A DNA stretch of 64,000 nucleotides from Mobula hypostoma (lineage: Eukaryota), in the NCBI RefSeq assembly GCF_963921235.1, contig NC_086097.1, positions 254,512,001 through 254,576,000 of the forward strand, written 5' to 3'. Below are positions 59,340 to 64,000 of the stretch, piece by piece. The stretch's first letter is position 1; every line of letters starts with the position of its first letter. A program made the position numbers and the translations under genes. The notes beneath the pieces were generated by a model. The model was not told the DNA's origin. It saw only the letters and a program-made list of their open reading frames with translations, and made no database searches.

Positions 59340-62300
59340 TTCTCGCAGGTCAGCGACGCCTGTTTAAAAGTACAAAGGGGACAAGCAGGGCAGCCATTGT
59401 TGGGAGTAGCCAGTGGTGAGAGTAGGATTGTCAGGCTTTGGCTCAAAGGAGACTTCAGCACGAATGCGGCGTTGGCTCTAGTTAAGTTTCTGTTAAGGTT
59501 CCTTTTTTTTGCCTCTTACCACAGAGTGTAGTAAATGGCGGTTGTGTGTTCTTCATGCCGGATGTTGGAGTGCTGGGAGACCCAGAGTCTCCCAAGGAAC
59601 TACATCTGCGTGGTGCATCCAGCTGCAGCTCCGTGAAGAACATGTTAGGGATCTGGAGCAGCAGCTGGATGACCTTCAGCTTGTATGGGAGGGCGAGGAG
59701 CTCATCGATCAGAGTTGCAGGAGGTGAGTAACTGGGTAACTGTCAGGAGAAACGGAAATGTGAATAGGCAGTTGGCACAGAGCACCCCTGTGGCCATTCC
59801 CCTCAATAATAAGTATACCATTTTGGATACTGTTGTGGGGGGATGACATCCCAGGAGGATGCCATGGAGACTGGGTTACTGGTACTGAGCGTGGGTCCAT
59901 GATGCAAAAGGGAAAGAGAGAGAAGAGGGGAGTGGTAGTGATAGGGGACTCAATAGTGAGAGGAACAGACAGGAGATTCCGTGGACAAGAACAGAACACC
60001 CGAATGGTATGTTGCCTCGAAGGTACCAGGGTCAGGGATGTCTACGATTGCATCCACAACATTCTAGAGAGGGAGGGAGAGCAGCCAGATGTCTTGGGAC
60101 AGATTGGTATGCATAGGAAGGAAAAGCAAAGAGGTCCTCAAAGTTAGAGAGCTGAAAGCTGAGAAGCAGGACCTCCAGGGTAGTAATTTCTGGATTGCTG
60201 CAGGTGCCAGGTGCCAGTGAGGTTAGAAACAGGATGATTTGGCAGATTGATGTGCCGCTGAGAAGCTGGTGCAGGGGGCAGGACATCAGGTTCTTGGATC
60301 ATTGGGATCTCTTCTGGGGAGGTATGACCTGTACAAGAGAGACGGGTTGCACCTGAACCCGAGGAGAACCAATATTCTCGTGAGCAGGTTTGTTAGAGCT
60401 GCTGGGGAGGGAGGGTTTAAGCTAATTTGGCAGGGGGATGGGAACCAGAGTGAAGGGACAGATGATAAAAAGGCAAAGATAGCGTGTAATCAGACTGTCA
60501 GGCAGGTGATAGTACATAATTGCAGCCAACAGTGTGAGAATCAATGCATTTGGGATACAGAATCAGAAATGGTAGCAAATACAGTACTCAAAGTGATATA
60601 TCTCAATGCACAGAGTATATAACTAAGGTGGATGATCTTATTTCACTATTACAGATTGTCAGATTTGATGTCGTGGTCATCACTGAATTGTGGCTGAAGG
60701 ATGGTTGTAGTTGGGAGCTGAATGTCCAAGGTTACAAGTTGTATTGCAGGGGTAGGAAGGTAGGCAGATGGGGTGGGGTGGTTTGCTGGTAAAGAATGGC
60801 ATTAAATCAGTAGAAAGATGTGACATAGGATTGGAAGGTGTTGAATCCTTGTGGGTTGAGTTAAGAAACTGCAAGGGTAAAAGGACCCTGATGGCAGTTA
60901 TATACAGGCCTCCCAACAGTGGCTGGAATGCAGACCACAGGTTACAATGAGAAATAGAAAAGGCAAGTCAAAGGGGCAATGTTATGATAGTCATGAGAGA
61001 TTTTAACATGCAGACAGATATGGCAAATCAGGTTGAGAATTGATCACAAGAGAATGAGTTTGTTGAATGCCTATGAGATTTTTTTCAAGAGCAGCTTGTT
61101 GTTCAGCTCACTTAGGGATCAGCTAGACTCGATTGGCTGTTATGCAATGAACCGGAGGTGATCAGGAAGCTTATGGAAAAAGAACCTTTAGGAGGCAGTG
61201 ATCACAATATGATTGAGTTCAACAGAAATTTGAAAGGAGATGCTGGAAGGAATGACAGCAGAGCAGCCATGCTGTGATATTCTGGGTAAAGAGAGGAAAG
61301 TGCAGGAAAGATGTATTCCAAAAAAAAATTAAATGGCAAAATTGTACAACCGAGGCTGACAAGAGAAGTCAAAGCTAGTGTAAAAGCAAGAGGGCGTACA
61401 ATAATGCAAAACTTAGTTGAAAGGTAGAGGATTAGGAAGCTTTTAAAAACTTAGAGAGCAACTAAAAGAATCATTAGGAGGGAAAAGATGAAATACGAAA
61501 GGAAGCTAGCCAACAATATCAAAGTAGATAGTAAAACTTTTTAAAGTATGTAAAAACAAAACGAGATGAGAGCGGATACAGGACTACTTGAAAATAAGGT
61601 CGGAGAAAAAATAACAGGAGACAAGAGGATGACAGCTGAAATAAATGAGTATTTTGCATCAGTCTTCACTGTGCCAGGCGTTGAAGGGTGTGAGAGAAGA
61701 GAAGTGAGAGCAGTTACTATTACAAGCGAGAAGGTGCTCAAAAAACTGAAAGACCTAAAAGTACATGTCACCCAGATGAGATGAACTGCACCCTTGGGTT
61801 CTAAAAGAGGTAGCAGAAGGGATTGTGGAGGCATTAGGAATGATCTTTCAAAAATCATCGGACCCTGGTATGGTGCCAGAAGACTGGAAAACTGCAAATA
61901 TCACTCCACTCTTTAAGAAAAAAGGAAGGCAATGGAAAGGAAGTTATAGACCAGTTCACCTGACCTCAGCGATTAAAAAGATTTTGGAGTCAATTGTTAA
62001 AGGATGAGATTATGAAGTACTTGGCGACACAGGACAATAAAGAACAAAGTCAGCATGGTTTCTTGAAGGGAAAATCTTACCTGATGAACCTGTTGCAATC
62101 GCATTGCTTTGTCAGCACTACCTACCCCTCCACCTATCTTTGTATCATCTAAAAACATTACCACAAAGCCATCAATTCCATGATCCAAATCATTGAAAAA
62201 CAATGTGAAATGCAGCGGTCCCAATACTGACCCATGAGGAACACCACTAGTCACTGGCAGCCAAGCAGAAAAGGCCCCTTTTATTCCCACTCACTGCCCC

Positions 62301-62585
62301 CACAGGATAGAAGGATGTCCAATTAGAACAGAGATGCGGAGAAATTTCTTTAGCCAGAGGTGACAAATTTGTGGAACTTATTACCACAAGCAGCTGTGGA
62401 GACCAGGTTGTTGGGTGTATTTAAGGCAGAGCTTGGTAGGTTGCTGATTGCACACAGCATCAAAGGCAATGGGGAGAAGGCCGGGGAGTGGGGCTGAGGA
62501 GGGGAAAAAGGGATCAGCAGTGATTGAATGGTCAGCAGGCTCGATGGGCCAAATGGCCAACTTCTGCTCCTGTGTCGTATGGCCC
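59340..62585 (+). mobile_element. Long degenerate CR1 (5' UTR, ORF1, EN, start of RT) with an inverted RT segment at about 62095-62300 and the 3' end at 62305-62585
   Basis: CIQLQLREEHVRDLEQQLDDL, VVVIGDSIVRG (SGNH block I), YKRDGLHLNP, IYLNAQSI, IYRPPNS and WKTANITPLFKK; minus-strand ORF 61997-62290 carries SGVPHGSVLGP. Confidence 0.85.
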
Positions 62586-62762
62586 TCTGTAAGGAGTCTC
62601 TGTACTCCTGCCCCATGGAATGTGTGGGTTTTCTCTGGGTCCTCCGCTTTCCTTCCAAGGTCCAAAGACGTACCAGGTAGGTTAAATGGTCATTTTAAAT
62701 TGTCCCATGATTAGGTTGGGGTTAAGTCGGGGTTGTCAGGGGTTGCTGGGTAGCATAGCTCC
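62585..62762 (+). mobile_element. V-SINE-like fragment
   Basis: gtaaggagtctctgtac...tgtgtgggttttctctggg...tccaaagacgtacc...aaattgtcccatgattagg. Confidence 0.65.
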
Positions 62763-62814
62763 AAGGGTCAGAGGACACTACATAGACTGCAGCCTCGCTC
62801 ACAGACTCATTCAA

Positions 62815-63700
62815 AGTTATGTGTTGGCCTTCATTAGTCAGGAGGCATTGAATTCAAGAGCCGTGAGGTAATGTTGCAGCTCTATAAGACCCTGGTTAGA
62901 CCACACTTGGAATATCGTGTTCAGTTCTGGTCACCTCATTATAGGAAGGATGTGGAGGCTTTGTAGAGGGTGTAGAGGAGATATGGTAGGGTGCTGCTGG
63001 ATTAGAGAAGATGTATTATGAGGGTAGGTTGAGTGAGCTGGGGCTTTTCTTTTTGGTGCGAAGGAGAATGAGAGGTGACTTGATAGAGGTGTACAAGAAG
63101 ATAAGACACATAGGTAGAGTGGATTGCTGAAGACTGCCCCCCCCCCCGCCCCCGCAAGTGGAAACAGTTAATACAAGAGTACATAATTTTAAGATAATTG
63201 GAGGAAAGTATAGGACGGGGTCAGAGCCAAGATTTTTGCACAGAGATAGGCACATGCTTGGTGGAAAAATGGAGGGCTATGTAGATTGCAAACACTAGGT
63301 TGATCCTTGAGTAGGTTAAAAGCTAAAGAAAGGTACGCTTTGATTCAAATTTACAAGGTGATTACGAATCCAAACCCGAATCAGAATCAGAATCAGGTTT
63401 ATTATCACCGGCATGTGACGTGAAATTTGTTAACTTAGCAGCAGCAGGTCAATGCAATATAGAGAGAGAAAAAAATAATAACAAATAAAATAAAACATAA
63501 TAAATAAACAAATCAATTACGTATATTGAATAGATTATTAAAAAATGTGCAAAAACAGGAATATTGTATATTAAAAAAGGTTAAGCTTTAGAGCTTCAAA
63601 GTCTATATAGGAATCGGATGGCAGAGGGGAAGAAGCTGTTCCTGAATTGCTGAGTGTGTGCCTTCAGGCTCCTGTACCTCCTACCTGATGGTAACAGTAC
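62815..63700. mobile_element. CR1 fragment (+ 62815-63325) and Rex1/Babar 3' tail (- 63375-63697)
   Basis: ttagaccacacttggaatatcgtgttcagttctggtc (CR1); gaatcagaatcagaatcaggtttattatcaccggc (Rex1 tail, reverse). Confidence 0.72.
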
Positions 63701-64000
63701 TACAGTGTGGGGTTATGGTCTCCACATCTAAGGAATAATCTGTCTGATTGGAAGTGGGCTGATTCCTGGTTGTCACAGAAGATAATTTGAGCAGGTTTGA
63801 CTCATGGCCACTGAGGTGAGACCCGTGGTCATTGACGCTCTGAAGAACGAGATGTGAACTTGCTATAACATACAAAAACCCAAGGGTGGTTGACAAGGTT
63901 AAATGTTATGAGGATGTTTCCCTGATAGCAATATCTAGAACTAGAGGATACAACTGCAGATAGTCACTATCCCAGAGGACTGTGGAGGCAGAATCTTTGA

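Overview
Eukaryotic, transposon-dense vertebrate DNA, most likely a cartilaginous fish (inferred from HER1/CR1-type LINEs, HE1-like V-SINEs, Rex1/Babar and Neptune-type Penelope repeats). The only host-gene coding sequence I can support is two short minus-strand exons of CABLES1: 14862-14933 (72 bp, RRLVSQRSSLETLEDIEENAPLR) and 12060-12152 (93 bp, CRTLSGSPRPKSFKKIHFIKNMRQHDTRNG). Both have canonical AG/GT boundaries, so the rest of the window is probably CABLES1 intron. It is mostly nested and fragmented retroelements: several CR1 subfamilies, Rex1/Babar, one 5'-truncated L1-clade copy, R4/Dong-like, RTE- and L2-like pieces, Penelope fragments, a Gypsy remnant, a solo LTR, a Tc1 remnant, SINEs and tandem repeats. 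Most ORF-track entries are TE fragments or their antisense shadows. The best second-look items are: (1) a 198-bp Penelope pLTR hairpin insertion with a 15-bp TSD and a minimal hammerhead-ribozyme motif; (2) a recurrent non-coding ~0.6-kb retroposon with a YY1-like 5' end and a 3' stem-loop; (3) a poly(A) tRNA-SINE with a 17-bp TSD; (4) a three-level nested insertion stack at 34.4-39.8 kb. I see no firm evidence of a wholly new biological system; novelty claims need Dfam/Repbase/Rfam searches. Boundaries of old elements are approximate.
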